A DNA stretch of 64,000 bases from Mytilus californianus. Taxonomy: Eukaryota. This document shows, piece after piece, positions 14,494-28,300 of this stretch; position 1 is the first letter of the stretch; each line of letters starts with the position of its first letter. The stretch lies in the NCBI RefSeq assembly GCF_021869535.1, contig NW_026262723.1, positions 92,318,001 through 92,382,000 of the forward strand. The letters run 5' to 3'. The notes under the pieces are model-generated. The model was not told the DNA's origin. It ran no database searches and saw only the letters and a program-made list of their open reading frames with translations. Position numbers and translations under genes: made by a program.

Positions 14494-14517
14494 GGGGGGG
14501 GGGGGGGGGGGGGGGGG
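14494..14517. repeat. Poly(G) tract, 24 nt
   Basis: Direct count. Confidence 0.95.
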
Positions 14518-14559
14518 AGTGGAGGCAGAAATGTTCAGAATGACGAGATCTACCTATTG

Positions 14560-15075
14560 TCTATTTAAATCAAAGCTGTCTGATGACTTCTTATAGGAGT
14601 TATTGGTGTTAGAAGAGAGACCAAAGATACCAAAAGGACATTCAAACTCATAAGTCGAAAATAAACTGACAACACCTCAGCAAAAAAAGAAAAAGACCAA
14701 GACTGAGCAACATGAACCCCACCAAAAACATGGGATTGTTCCAGAAGGGTAGGCAGATCCTGATCCGCATCTGGCACTTGTCGTGTTGCTCATGTAAGTA
14801 CAAACCCAGTGACAAGTCTAACTCTGTAGGTCACATTCAGCGAAATTCGGACATGATTGTGGTTTCATATTTGTCGTCATCTATGATATTCCACAAGGGT
14901 CAACCAACTCATTATGAAGGGATGATTTCAACTTCACCACTTCAAACTCTTGGTTTAATACTTTCCTTGTAAGCAGCAACTCTCCATCAAGGAAATCATG
15001 ATAGGAAATGCAAGCCCTGGAATATCGTATCAACTGGGAGATATATACTAGGCACTGCTGGAATGTTGCTACCAT
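14560..15075 (-). mobile_element. Penelope-like (Naiad-type) retroelement 3' remnant, decayed RT C-terminus plus 3' repeat
   Basis: Minus-strand peptide VYISQLIRYSRACISYHDFLDGELLLTRKVLNQEFEVVKLKSSL matches the YISQLIRY...LLTRKLLNQGF segment I recall from these RTs. Clade assignment is from memory. Confidence 0.65.
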
Positions 15076-15266
15076 TGGTCAAATTTTACCAATTTTTCTT
15101 TTTCGATTTTGCCTATTAACTTGAAAATTATAATTGATAGAGAGAAACTTTAAATTGCAAAAATGATCAGTAAGACAAGATGTGAAAATAAGTAAACATA
15201 TAGGAAATTGTCAGACAACTTTATCTCTTATGTTAAGTGTATCATGTATCTTGCTTCAAATCTTTT

Positions 15267-16240
15267 AATACAGTTCTGTATTTTGGTAAAACATCTGATG
15301 ACAGACTTAAGACACCAAGAATATAAAAACAGTTCTGTATTTTGGTAAAACATCTGATGAAAGACTATGAATACAGTTCTGTAGCTTGGTCAAACATCTG
15401 ATGAAGGACTATGAATACAGTTCTGTATTTTGGTCAAACATCTGATGAAGGACTACGAATACAGTTCTGTATTTTGGTCAAACATCTGATGAAGGACTAT
15501 GAATACAGTTCTGTATTTTGGTCAAACATCTGACGAAGGACTATGAATACAGTTCTGTATTTTGGTCAAACATCTGACGAAGGACTATGAATACAGTTCT
15601 GTATTTTGGTCAAACATCTGACGAAGGACTATGAATACAGTTCTGTATTTTGGTCAAACATCTGATGAAGGACTATGAATACAGTTCTGTATTTTGGTCC
15701 AATATCTGACGAAGGACTATGAAAACAGTTCTGTATTTTGGTCAAACATCTGACGAAGGACTATGAATACAGTTCTGTATTTTGGTCAAACATCTGACGA
15801 AGGACTATGAATACAGTTCTGTATTTTGGTCAAACATCTGATGAAGGACTATGAATACAGTTCTGTATTTTGGTCAAACATCTGATGAAGGACTATGAAT
15901 ACAGTTCTGTATTTTGGTCCAATATCTGACGAAGGACTATGAATACAGTTCTGTATTTTGGTCAAACATCTGACGAAGGACTATGAATACAGTTCTGTAT
16001 TTTGGTCAAACATCTGACGAAGGACTATGAATACAGTTCTGTATTTTGGTCAAACATCTGATGAAGGACTATGAATACAGTTCTGTATTTTGGTCAAACA
16101 TCTGATGAAGGACTATGAATACAGTTCTGTATTTTGGTCAAACATCTGATAAAGGACTATGAATACAGTTCTGTATTTTGATAAATATCTGATGAAGGAC
16201 TATGAATACAATTTCGGTAATTTGGTAAAACATCTGATGA
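15267..16240. repeat. 44-bp minisatellite, ~22 copies
   Basis: Unit AATACAGTTCTGTATTTTGGTCAAACATCTGA(T/C)GAAGGACTATG, head-to-tail and highly homogeneous in the centre; a further degenerate copy follows at ~16398-16450. Confidence 0.95.
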
Positions 16241-16242
16241 TT

Positions 16243-16385
16243 GCATAGGCGGATCCAGGGGGGGGGGGGGGGGGGGGGGGGGGCCCTTTTATGGGAAAAA
16301 TTTGGTTGATAATATAGGGAATCACTGAAGCATGACTGTAGCGGGCCCCCTCTTATGGTAGTCGGTGGGCCCCCCTTATAAATAT
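16243..16385. mobile_element. Short GGCGGATCCAG/poly(G) MITE-like insertion interrupting the end of the 44-bp array
   Basis: GC-rich block with a 26-nt G run (16258-16283); array-like sequence resumes on its far side. Confidence 0.45.
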
Positions 16386-16869
16386 GAACTGAAATGACTA
16401 TGAATACAGTTGGATATTAAGGTAAAATACCTAATGATGGACTAAAGACACAAAGTTCATAACAAGTTTGATCTGAAATACAAAACCAAAGAGCACTTAA
16501 AATTTTGCTGAGTTAACCTTAATTGGGACAAACCATTTAAAGAAGGGATATTAGTTTCTGACTCCAGTGGACATACTCTGGAACCAAACATTTTTTAAAT
16601 GCAAACGAAATGAATCCTGAAACCATACTATTTGCACATCAAAATGTGAACTGCGTCTACTTTAAAAAAATTGTGATAAGCTGAAAATTTTGATACTTCG
16701 GATACCTTTGGACAATCAAAAGGAGAGCTGCACACCTAACGAAGCTAGCTGTTGCAATCAATTGGGTTGGTCATTGTAAACTTTTTTTAAGAATCTGCTC
16801 CTCTGAAACTACTGGGCCAAATAATACCAAACATTTTAAGATCTTTAAATGTTTTCTGTTTTGTAACAA

Positions 16870-17245
16870 TCTGATGATTTTAGCCCTTTTCAACTGATTT
16901 TTATAGTTTGTTCTTACGTTGTACTGTTACACCACTATTCCAGGTTAGGGGGAGGGTTTGGCGCCAGCAAACTAGTTGAACCCCGCCACATTCTATATGT
17001 TCCTGTCCCAAGTAAGGAGCCTGTAGTTCAGTGGTTGTCGTTAGTTCATGTTTGTCATATTTGTTTTGTAAATTTTTTGTTATAAATTAGGCCGTTAGTT
17101 TTCTCAATTGAATTGTTTCATATTTTTCCTGTCGGAGCCTTTTATAGCCAACTATACGGTATGGTTGTTTTCTCATTGGTGAAGGCCGTACGGTTGCCTA
17201 TAATTGCTTTTATTCACTTCATTTGAACTTTGGTGGTGTGTTGTC
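16870..17245 (+). mobile_element. Abundant bivalve SINE-like interspersed repeat (possibly Nin-domain type)
   Basis: AACCCCGCCACATTC...CCTGTCCCAAGT.AGGAGCCTGTA.TTCAGTGGTTGTCG...GAAGGCCGTACGGT; reverse-complement copies or fragments at ~8325-8440, 11320-11350, 18795-18920, 46360-46530, 48215-48560, 52850-53130, 56085-56340. Family name is from memory. Confidence 0.6.
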
Positions 17246-17284
17246 TCAATGCTTAGATTAAGTAAATCAAAGAACCCCAATACT

Positions 17285-17750
17285 TCAAGATTATTTAAAC
17301 CTCATTGAAATTGGTCAGAAATAAGCAATTCAAACAAAGTTTCAGAATTTTTGACCTTTTGGACCTTAATGTGGACCAATTTGAAAACTGGGTCCAAAAT
17401 CAAATTTCAAAATACACTGTTAGATTTGGCAGATCAAGGAATCCCAAGAATTCAATTTTTGTTGAAATCAAACAAAGTTTAATTTGGACCCTTTGGACCT
17501 TATTGTGGACCAATTTGAAAACAGTGACCAAAATTAAAAATCTAAATACACAGTTAGATTCGGCATATCAAAGAACCCAAATAATTCAATTTCTGATGAA
17601 ATCAAACAAAGTTTAATTTGGGACTCTTTGGACCTCAATGTGGACCAATTTAAATCCGGGGCTCAAAATCAAATTTCAAATACACAAATAGATTCAGCAT
17701 AAAAAAGAACCCCAAGAATTCAAGACTTTATTAATCACCATTGAAATTGG
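17285..17750 (+). repeat. Fragment of the 126-136-bp satellite core shared with the large Helentron-like copies A/B/C
   Basis: Three to four units of TTGGACC...AAATACA..GTTAGATTC.GCATATCAAAGAACCC.AAGAATTCAATT, the same unit seen at 26230-26780 and 61060-62940. Confidence 0.8.
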
Positions 17751-17764
17751 TCAAGAAATAACCA

Positions 17765-18340
17765 ATTTTTGTCTCGCCTGCGACGTATGCGAGACATAGG
17801 TATTACTATCCGGCAGCTGAGTACTCAGATACTACAGGTACTATAGGTACTCTCAGATACTACAAGCTGCAGGTCAACTATATGTGGTGTATGGAATGAT
17901 TGTAAGGGGTACATGTCAGACTGGCATTTTCATGGTTCATTGGTTAACGTTAAGTTTTTGTGTTTTGGTCTGTTTTTCAAGTACTATAAGTAATAGGTCA
18001 ACTATATTTGGTTTATGGAATGATTGAAAGGTGTACATATCTGTCTAGTCTGTGTCATCTGACCTTGACCTCATTTTCATGGTTCATTGGTTAATGTTAA
18101 GTTTTTGTGTTTTGGTCTGTTTTTCAATTACCATAAGCAATGGGTCAGCTATATTTGGTGTATGGAATAATTGTAAGGTGTACATGTCTGTGTGACAGTT
18201 TTTATCTGACCTTGACCTCATTGTCATGCATCTTTAAAAATGTTAAGTTTATGTGATACTTGTAGCAAAACCTATATCTTTAAGACTTTCAACATCAAAT
18301 CAATGGTCAGTTAAATAGGCAAGACATTTCAGAGTGTGCA
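17765..18340. mobile_element. HINE-like element with ~130-150-bp TGACCTTGACC-type units
   Basis: GTCTCGCC...GCGAGAC hairpin at the start, three GGTCAACTATATTTGG...TGACCTTGACCTCATTTTCATGG units, AGGCAAGACATTTCAG end; related core in reverse at ~20200-21000. Confidence 0.65.
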
Positions 18341-18344
18341 CTCT

Positions 18345-18700
18345 TGTAACAAATTATTAGAAAAGTATTGCTTTGGCCCCTTTTCCCCCCAAAATCAATC
18401 CCAACCTTCCTTTTGATGTATAGAACCTAGTTGTACAATTTCATAGAGATCCATACACTGTTACACAAGTTATTGTCCTGAAACAAGAAAAATGCTTGTT
18501 TTTGGCCCCTTATTCCTATACAGTTAGGACAACAACCCCCAAAATCAATTCCCATCTTCCTTTTTTGGTATGGAACCTTGTGGAACAATTTCATAGAGAT
18601 CCATACACTTATACTCATGTCATTGTCTGGAAACCAAATGTCTTCAGACGACAACCACAATGTCATACAATTACACGGTCATATGAAAATTATTTCAACA
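18345..18700. mobile_element. Truncated fragment of the GAGATCCATACAC module found in copies A/B/C
   Basis: CCCCCAAAATCAATCCCAACCTTCCTTTTG...GAGATCCATACAC units similar to 29920-30500. Confidence 0.6.
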
Positions 18701-19324
18701 CCTCTTCTTTTACAAGGCAATATTTCTACCGTTGTCTTTCGTGCAGATTTATTTCTACTTTATTGTAATTGCTGAAAACTCTTTTGCACCAATTTGCACC
18801 ATGATATGAAAATAGGAAGATGTATTTTGATAGCCAAGAAGAGCCACAATGATGTAGATGTTAGCAAGTATTGTTCACTTTATATGACCTAAAACAATGA
18901 GCAAAACCCATATGGTATATACAGTATCACAATTCACACTCCTAATCTTAAAACCATCGCTAGGCTTTCAAGGCAAAATCAAGCCTTAAATTGTTACCGT
19001 AATTGCCTCACTAGAAATATGGTTCAAGCTACACCACTGGCTGTCAGTGTAAAAGTATGTTGATTGCCAAAAACATTTATCAGGAAAATACAGAATTTTT
19101 TATTTTTTTTGAAGAAAACTGTTAAGCAATGGGTAAATAAATAAGGGATTTCTATCATTTGATTTATAAAATCTGTGCTTTAAATCAGTTAAAAACTATA
19201 ACAAAGTCATTGTCTGTATTCATGCCACAGGTCTAGCTCTTAAAAAATATAATATAACATAAGTTTAATAATTTATAATACAGATAGAATGAACAAGTGA
19301 TCTGATCAATATAATTATGACATG

Positions 19325-22300
19325 CTAGTCTTCCATTAACATTAGCTGTGTATCATCTTTGGGAAGTAACCTTATATTCAACAGCTTTTCAAAACACAAT
19401 AAAATCTGAAAGACAGAGAAAACAAGTTAAGATATACTTCAGGCTAAGAGAAATCATACATCTTGTTCAGTATTTTGTTTTCTGAAGAAAGAACATAAAT
19501 ACTGATAACTGTTAAACACAAATAACAAATTTAAAGAACAAACTTTACCAACTTTATCCTGTCTCAGTTCCAAAGAACAGCAATTTTCAAAAATATTCTT
19601 TTACCAGCACAAAACTTTCATACCAATTTCATAGGAATATGTAGAAGTTGTAAAGTCTAAGTTGTGCTATTGCTTACCAGGTAAATCTAAAGAGTTATCT
19701 GATAATAATATGGAGAGGCACAACAATATATGGTGTGATGTAAGTATTTCTGTCAAGCTGCCTCTCATTTCTATGTAAATTGTAGACAGCTTCACATGTC
19801 ATAGAGTATCAACCTTAATTTTTTGTCTGTCATTATAACTGTAGGTTGACCTTTAATTTTTTCTTGAGTTGCTGTCTTATTGATGTATACCCCACTTAAA
19901 AATGACCTTGTTAGACAATCTGTAATATCAATTATGTAATTGTATATATATATATATATGTGTACAGATGTATCCACACTCAGATATAAATGTATGTCAT
20001 ATGTTGCTATTTACAAGCTTTTATATATTTAAATATTTTCAAATAAAAAGGTACAAACTGCTACATTATTTACTGACTCTATTACTAATGGTTCTAGGAT
20101 AGAAAATTTGTTAGATTGTAGATTGGAAATTTTCTGTTTCTAGGACAGAAAAGTTTTCTGTTTTAGGATAGGAAATTTGTCTGATTCTAGGATAGGAAGT
20201 TCATTCCTTACACCAAATATAGTTGACCTATTGCTTATAGTATCAAATAGACCAAAACACAAAAACTTGACATTGAACAATCAACCATGAAAAAATAGGT
20301 CAAGGTCAGATTAACGCTGATAGTCTGACATGTACATCTTACAATCATTCCATATACCAAATATAAGTGACCTATTGCTAATAGTATCTGAGAAAAGGAT
20401 CAAACAATGGAAACTAAAAATTTACCAACAAACCATGAAAATAAGGTCAAGATCAGCAGATATAAGGCCAGACAGACATGTAAAACTTACAATTATTCCA
20501 TATGCCGAATAAAGTTGACCTATTACTTAAATTTGAGAAACAGGCCAACGAATCATGTAAATGAGGTCAAGGTCAGATGAAACTGCCAGCTGGACATGTA
20601 CACCTTGCAATCATTCCATACACCAAATATAGTTGACCTATTGCTTATAGTATTGTTGAAACCAACCTAATCATTGAACTTAAACTTTGATTACTGACCC
20701 ATGAAATAAGGCCTAGGGCATGTGACCTTCTTTAATGGACATGTAGACCTTGCAAGGATCTAATATACCAAATATAATAATCTTTTTACTCATAATACAT
20801 AAAAAAGTCACATGACAAAAAAACTTGAAAGTTATTTTGAGTAGTCACAGAACCATGAAATCGGGTCAAGGACAAGGACATGTCAGAAGGAAACTTTGTA
20901 CTCAAGGCAACTATATAAAAGGTATGAAGCATCCAGGTCTTATACTTCCTGAAATATAAAGCTTTACACAACCTTCACTGCGGACAATTAGATCTATAAT
21001 CAGTATCCCTCCCTTTTGTTTACTATATATCTATGATCATACCTTGTTAGCTTTGGTAGAGGATAGTGACGATTCTTCTGTAGAAAGCTGTAATAATTGA
21101 TTCTGACAGGTTTTACAAATGAAATCACAATTAACTAAACCAGTATTGACTAGATATTCTATCAATAAAAGTGATTTCTGAAAAACAAATAACAATTTTG
21201 AGAAAGACGGACATGTTTTTGTTATTCATACAATAATGTTGATTTTGGTCTATGAAATAAACAACTGATTCATGTGACCATTTCCAGTGTTTTCAAGAAC
21301 TAAAGCAGGTTAAAGTCCCATAATTCTATAATTCTAGAACAACAAATTCAAAATCTTCAAAATAGAAAAGGTAGTTACTACTTTGAGAAAAGAAAAGCTA
21401 TAAAAACTTACTTTCGGTAGTCAACAAATTGCACGATATTTGTCTACACCACTAAAGATTTAAAAAGAAAATATGCTAAAAACTTTATGATAAAATTATT
21501 AAGTTTCATTAATAGAGATATTGTCACATATCATCAACAGCAAAAAAAAAATACAATGGAATTTTGCTCCTTATAAACAGTATCATACAGTCTCACAAGT
21601 GATAGTTTACAAAATCATGTGCAAATGTGTCAACTAATCAGGGTAAATGAATCCTTACAAAATTAGTCATTGTTGTCTAGTGTAAATCTGTTGAGTTTTT
21701 GAAACATTTTATTAAGTTTCATTTTTAGATATGATTTGTTTCTAAGTGATCACCATTTAAATCATCAAGTAATGTATAGAAGTATTTAATTTATTTTTTT
21801 AGATGAGACAAAATAATAAATCTATTAAACTGTTATACACAAAATATACATAACAGTTATAATAGTTTGTTCAACAATATGTCAAAAAGTAGTGAACTAG
21901 ACCATGCAAAACCCATCATCTCTCCTAGAATACTTGGTCAATGAAAGTAACTTATCTTTGTTATTTTTCTTACCATAACAACACACTGAGTAGAATATTT
22001 TCTCATTTTGCAACAGATAGGAAAAGAATCCTGGTGTTGTCGTTTTACATATCACAACAACACACTAAGTTGAGGATGATCTACTCCTTTTATTGCCCAT
22101 GGATAACCCATGAATAAAAGATTGGTAAGGGGACTTTCTTATTTTACTTACCAGAACAACACACTGAGTAGTAGATTTGAGTTGTGTATTTAACAATTCT
22201 ATAACTTTTTCACAGTTAAGGTTCTGACAAGATGATATAAAGTTTCTAATTTCTCCTACTGTCAGTAATGTATCATCACTACTAGCTAATGTTTGTTCTA

Positions 22301-25300
22301 CTAAGTTTTCTTCTTCACACCAACTGTCTGCATGATCAGTTCTGTAATAAAATAGAAGTGACAGTAAAAGAACATTGTAAAGTGAAAATGCATTACAAAA
22401 CAGCTTTACTTTAAAGAGGTTTATTTTCACATTTCTTGGACCCAAGATATTTTCAAGGTTATATTTTTGTGTTTCCTATTCTTCTTAATTTCAATTTTCT
22501 CTAAAGATAAAATATACCAGTCTTGAGACATGATATTTTTGCAATTTTATCTTCATTGCAAAATTAACAAACCCCACAAGAAATTTCTGAATTTTCAGTA
22601 TGCAACAGTTAATTTTAATTGATGGTTTTTTACCTAAAAAAAATTCTTGTTGTTACCTAAAATCAGTGTAAGAACGAAGATGTTAGTGATAAATAAAATG
22701 GCTGTTGTCCATACAAAACTTTAAATTTTGAAACAAACTTTTCTGTGCAGTGATAAATATTCTCTTAGTAAAAAAGATAATTCAAGAACCTTTGTGAGCA
22801 TGCTCACACACCCAACGCACCCATATTGTCACAGGGGAAACAAAATCTCACCAAAATCCTTAGTTCAAAGACTCATAACTCCTTCAAAAGTCAACTGATA
22901 AATATTTCTTGTGGATATACACATCTTCATATTATGTCCTTATTACCTACAAAGTTTCATAAAATTGTGTTGTATGGTTTTAGAGGAGTTGTGATGACAA
23001 ACTTGCAGTAGTATATTTAGGCCAAAATTCTAATTTCAAAAGGGCATTACTCCTAGACAAAATTGAATCATAATTTCTCATTTTCCTGTCGATATGCACA
23101 TCTACATACTATCAGTATGTCCTCAATTTGTACAAAGTTTCATGAAGTATTTTTGTTTGGTTTCAGAGGAGTTGCGATGACAAAAAAAGGACTGACGAAC
23201 TGACGAACAGACTGTTAGACAGATGGACAGAGGGACCAAAAACATTACACCCTACAGTATAAAAGTTCCGTAGGGTAAAGTATGCATGCTATGTAGTTTA
23301 TTGTAGCTAATCAGCACTACATAACTTACGAAGATCTTAAAATACAACAAAATATATATCATTTATGCCAAGTTTGGTTAAAATTGTAAGGATACCCATC
23401 AAAAACTGTATCACCATCTTGACTAGAAACAGTGGTTGTCTGATTACCAGTTTCTTCATCCTCTTCATCCCAGCCACCACCGACCTTTCCTTGGATATGC
23501 TGAATTGGTTTGACTAAATTTTATGATAAGTCATCATTAATTAACAAAAAATGCTGACAGTTTTCTTCAAAGTGGTGGAATTGTGTGGATTAATTTTGAT
23601 TTCATGAATGCTTATTACTGAGAAAACTTACTGTTTTAGTACTTATAATTTAAAAGTATTTCTTACTAGCAAAACAACAACTAATAAAATCCCTAAAAAA
23701 ATCAAGAAATCTTGTTAGCACCAGCAAACTCTTTTTCAACACATTTAAAATTTCTTCAAGTAGGACATCACAGGTTTTTGCGATGTAATATCATTAACAT
23801 TTTACCATACATTTCAGAGAGTTTAATTTAGTGAGAGAAAAAAAACAAATCAGGACATATTTATGATCGGCAAATGTACATCTTCCATATAAGTGGCCAT
23901 TTTCTAAAAAAATCAATAAATTTCAGTTTATAAATCTAGTGTGTTTCATTGTAAATATTCCTTAAATTCTACTTTTTAAATCAAGTGTGTTTCAATGCAA
24001 ATTTTTCACTGTTAAAAAAGTCTAAATAAAATCAATTTGATGCCTATATAATGTATCTCACATCATCAAACAAGCAGACAAACCATAAAATTAGAATTTC
24101 ATTATTTACTTACAGTTGTACAGACATGTTATGAAACAATAAGCAGTGAAAGCTTGGAATTTCACCACAGATCATCCTAAGAGCTAGGAAGAAGACAATC
24201 TGACTTGAGATTACGGACCTTTATGGCCTTTGTCTTCTATCCTTAAAATGGTACATACACCTTAGCATTATAGTAAGCTTCTGAGGTTTGTAATATTACA
24301 AAGACATTTGTTAGTAGATCAAATGACCTTGATTCTCACCTTCATGACCTTTGATTTCTTTCTCTTCTTGCTGTGGTGCTGACATTTCATCATATACCAC
24401 AGGAAGTGGTGGTGGTTTGTAATCACCATATGACTCAATAGAAGACAAAATAGCTGCTTGTTGCTCTTTGGTTCTGTCTTGAAATCCACTGGCAAATTTA
24501 CTTAATTTGTCCATAAAACTACCTGCAGGTATCATTGTAACTATGTATATTAAGTGTAAATGAGAAGTCTTCCTTCAAGTTTAGGATGGTGAACAGGTAG
24601 GTTACAACTTTTGAGTAGAATTCTTTTGTTGGCGGAGGGTCTTTGAATGCAATATTTTCTAAGCCAAGTCATTGACATATTTATAATAGTTTATTCAATT
24701 TTGAAATTGTTTGAACTGCTGCACTATTCAAATATAAGTGCCTTCAAATTACTTCAGGATTCAGCTTAAACATTGATTAATTTTTAAAATAGGTTGATAT
24801 ACCCCATCATTATTGTACAAAAAAATGTACCTTAAATTTATCTCAATTCATATTTTTTTTTCTTTTTTTAAAGATACAATCAAATAATTTTTTTTACACA
24901 TAGGATACTAACTTTTTGTCTTGGTTGGGGAGTTTCCAAATCCTTGCATGCTTCCTTTAGGACTTACATTAGCATTGCCCAGACCTGAAAATTTTTGTCA
25001 CAGCATATTAGTAAATACACATACATCATGACAAAAAACTGCAAAATTTTGTTAAAACTACCAATTCGGTGGCAGCAACCCAACAATGGGTTGTCCGATT
25101 CGTCTGAAAATTTCAGAGCTGATAGATCTTGACCAATTGAACAATTTTACCCCACGTCAGATGTTCTATGTTCTATTTTTAGCCATGGCCGCCATGTTTG
25201 TCGATGGATCAAAACTTCGGATAAAATTTATAAACTAGATACCCTAAGGAACATTTAGTTAAAGTTTGAAGGTATTTGGCCCAGTAGTTTCAGAGGAGAA

Positions 25301-28300
25301 GATTTTTGAAATAGTTTACGAGGACAGATGACAACGACAGACAACAGACAACGACGGACGCCAAGTGATGGCATAAGCTCACATACGAAGGGCCCCGGTG
25401 AGCTAACAAAATATGGCCCAGCCTGTTATAAAAGTTTTGAAGTTTGACTGTAAAGTAATGCAAATATTAAATCCAATTTTCTATGAGTAAAGGAGTAAAA
25501 CCAGTAACACTAATAAACGGCCCTGTAAAGGTGCATTATTAAAACTTTAATTGTTCGAGTAAATTTACCTTGTATGTATTGCTAAATGTATAATTTTTTG
25601 AAAGTATAATAAGAAAAAATGTATATCTTCCTCATATATTATAAATATATTAGCCTAAAATATGTATAGATTTCATTTTTAATAGTCCATTTTTCTAGAA
25701 ATTCATCATAATTTCATAATTTCATATGTGGCGCCACTCCTCGTACATTGAAATTTTGGTTGAAAAGTAAAGAATATGGTATATTTAAAATATTACAGCA
25801 AGAATATTTGTGGGCGAGGGTTGGCGCCACTGTTAATTTTTCAGAAAACTGACATAAATTTCACCAAATTATGCCAAAAACTAGACATTCACAAATTCTC
25901 CTACATTTATAATGTCAGAAATACATCACTAATGACATAATTGGTCAAACATCTTTGTTTACCAAAACAATTGGACATTTTTACATACTTTGTTTTCGCA
26001 TAATTTTCACAACTTCATCGCATTTAAAAATAAAATGCTCCGCAAGGCGCAGCTTGATACGACCGCAGAGGTCGAACCCTGAACAGTTGGGGCAAGTATG
26101 GACACAACATTCAAGCTTGATACAGCTCTGAATTTGGATTGTGATTAAATATTTGACACAGCATAGGTTTCTGACACAGAATGAATGTGGTCTAAGAACT
26201 TAAAAATTTTAAATTGGACATTCACCTATTATGGTCCAATATCCAAAATCTAAATACATGGTTAGATTCAGCATATCAAAGAACCCCAAGAATTCAATTT
26301 TTGATGAAATCAAACAAAGTTTAATTTTGGACCCTTTTGACCTCAATGTGAACAAAGTTGATAACGGGGCCCAAAAATCAAAAATCTAAATACATGGTTA
26401 GATTCAGCATATCAAAGAACCCCATATATTCAATTTTTGTTGAAATCAAACAAATTTTTTTTTTGGACCCCGATTTGGACCAACTTGAAAACTGGGCCCA
26501 TAATCAAAAATCTAAATACATGTTTACATTCAGCATATCAAAGAACCCTAAGAATTCAATTTTTGTTAAAATCAAACTAAGTTTAATTTTGGACCCTTTG
26601 GACCTTAATGTAGACCAATTTGAAAACGGAACCAAAAATTAAGAATCTAAATACACGGTTAGATTCAGCATATCAAAGAACCCCAATAATTCAATTTTTG
26701 ATGAAATCAAACAAAGTTTAATTTTGGACCCTTTGGACCTCAATGTGGACCAAATTAAAAACGGGGCCAAAAAACCCCATTGAAATTGGTCAAGAAATAA
26801 GCAATTTATACGAAGTATCTTTTTTTGCACAATACTGTGCAATTGAATATTTCTTGCTATTGCGCAATACTGTACAATTGACAATTTCTTGCTATTGCGC
26901 AATATTGTGCTATTGGATTTTCTTACTATTGCGCAATACTGTGCAATTGAAGATTTCTTGCTATTGCGCAATACTGTGCAATTGAAGATTTCTTGCTATT
27001 GTGCAATACTGTGCAGTTGAAAATTTCTTGCTATTGCACAATACTTATTATATAATAATTTACACATCCTGTTTGGTGTGTATCTCCTACCATATCATTA
27101 TTATTTGCTTTTAAATATAAATCAGAAATAACCAACTTAAAATGGAAAATTTTAAAAGAAAAAAAAAAAAAAAAAAAGAAAAACTAGAGGCTCTCAAGAG
27201 CCTGTGTCGCTCACCTGATTCTACTTTGGTTTTGGAAATCATGTAAAAATAGATTAAAATCATAACAGATACCCTAATAATGAGTGAGGCCAAATTTGGT
27301 TCAATATTGGTCCTGTAATTTAATAAAAAAATCCTGGTGGCCATCTTGAACAGTAAATCGGCAACAAAGTAGCAACACTTAATCAGCACCTCATAAGAAA
27401 CATTTATGCCATGTTTTGGTTTCATTCCATTCAGTGCACCTCTAGAAGAAGCATTTGTACGTATTTCCCATAGGGTCTTATGTTTAAGGAAGTCCCCCCA
27501 TTGGCGGCCATCATGGATGAAGGATCAGCTTCAAAGTAACAAAACTTAGTCAGCACCTCATAAGGAACATTCATGCCATGTTTGGTTTCAATCCATTCAG
27601 TATGTGGTTCTCTAAAAGAAGACATTTGTATGTATTGTCCATAGGGTCCTTTGTTAAACATTGTCCCCATCTGGCGGCCATCTTAGATTATGGATCGGCT
27701 TCATAGTAACAACACTTGGTCAGCACCTCATAAGGAACATTCATGCCATGTTTGGTTTCATTCCATTCAGTGGTTCTCTAAAAGAAGACATTTGTATGTA
27801 TTTCTCATAGGGTCCTATGTTACACTAAGTCCCCCGCTGGCTGCCATCTTGGACGATGGATCAGCTTCAAAGTAACAACACTTGGTCAGCACCTCATAAG
27901 GAACATTCTTGCCATGTTTGGTTTCATTCCATTCAGTGGTTCTCTAAAAGAAGACGTTTGTATGTATTTCCCATAGGGTCCCATGTTAAACTAAGTCCCC
28001 TGTTGGCGGCCATCTTGGATTATGGATCAGCTTCAATGTAACAACACTCGGTCAGCACCTCATAAGGAACATTCATGCCATGTTTGGTTTCATTCCATTC
28101 AGTGGTTCTCTAAAAGAAGACATTTGTATGTATTTCTCATAGGGTCCCATGTTAAACTAAGTCCCCTGCAGGCGGCCATCTTGGATTATGGATCGGCTTC
28201 AAAGTAACAACACTCGGTCAGCACCTCATAAGACACATTCATGCCATGTTTGGTTTCATTCCATTCAGTGGTTCTCTAAAAGAAGACATTTGTATGTATT

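Noticed and set aside
15267-16240. CRISPR-like array (short palindromic repeats)
   Set aside because: Units are head-to-tail with no unique spacers, there are no cas genes, and the context is eukaryotic.
19678-19790. Possible extra tepsin exon (...LTEILTSHHILLCLSILLSDNSLDLP ending at a GTAAG donor)
   Set aside because: No phase-0 acceptor keeps the frame open after exon 11, and the peptide does not resemble tepsin; exon 19405-19325 has a better acceptor and the expected ILxxFE sequence.
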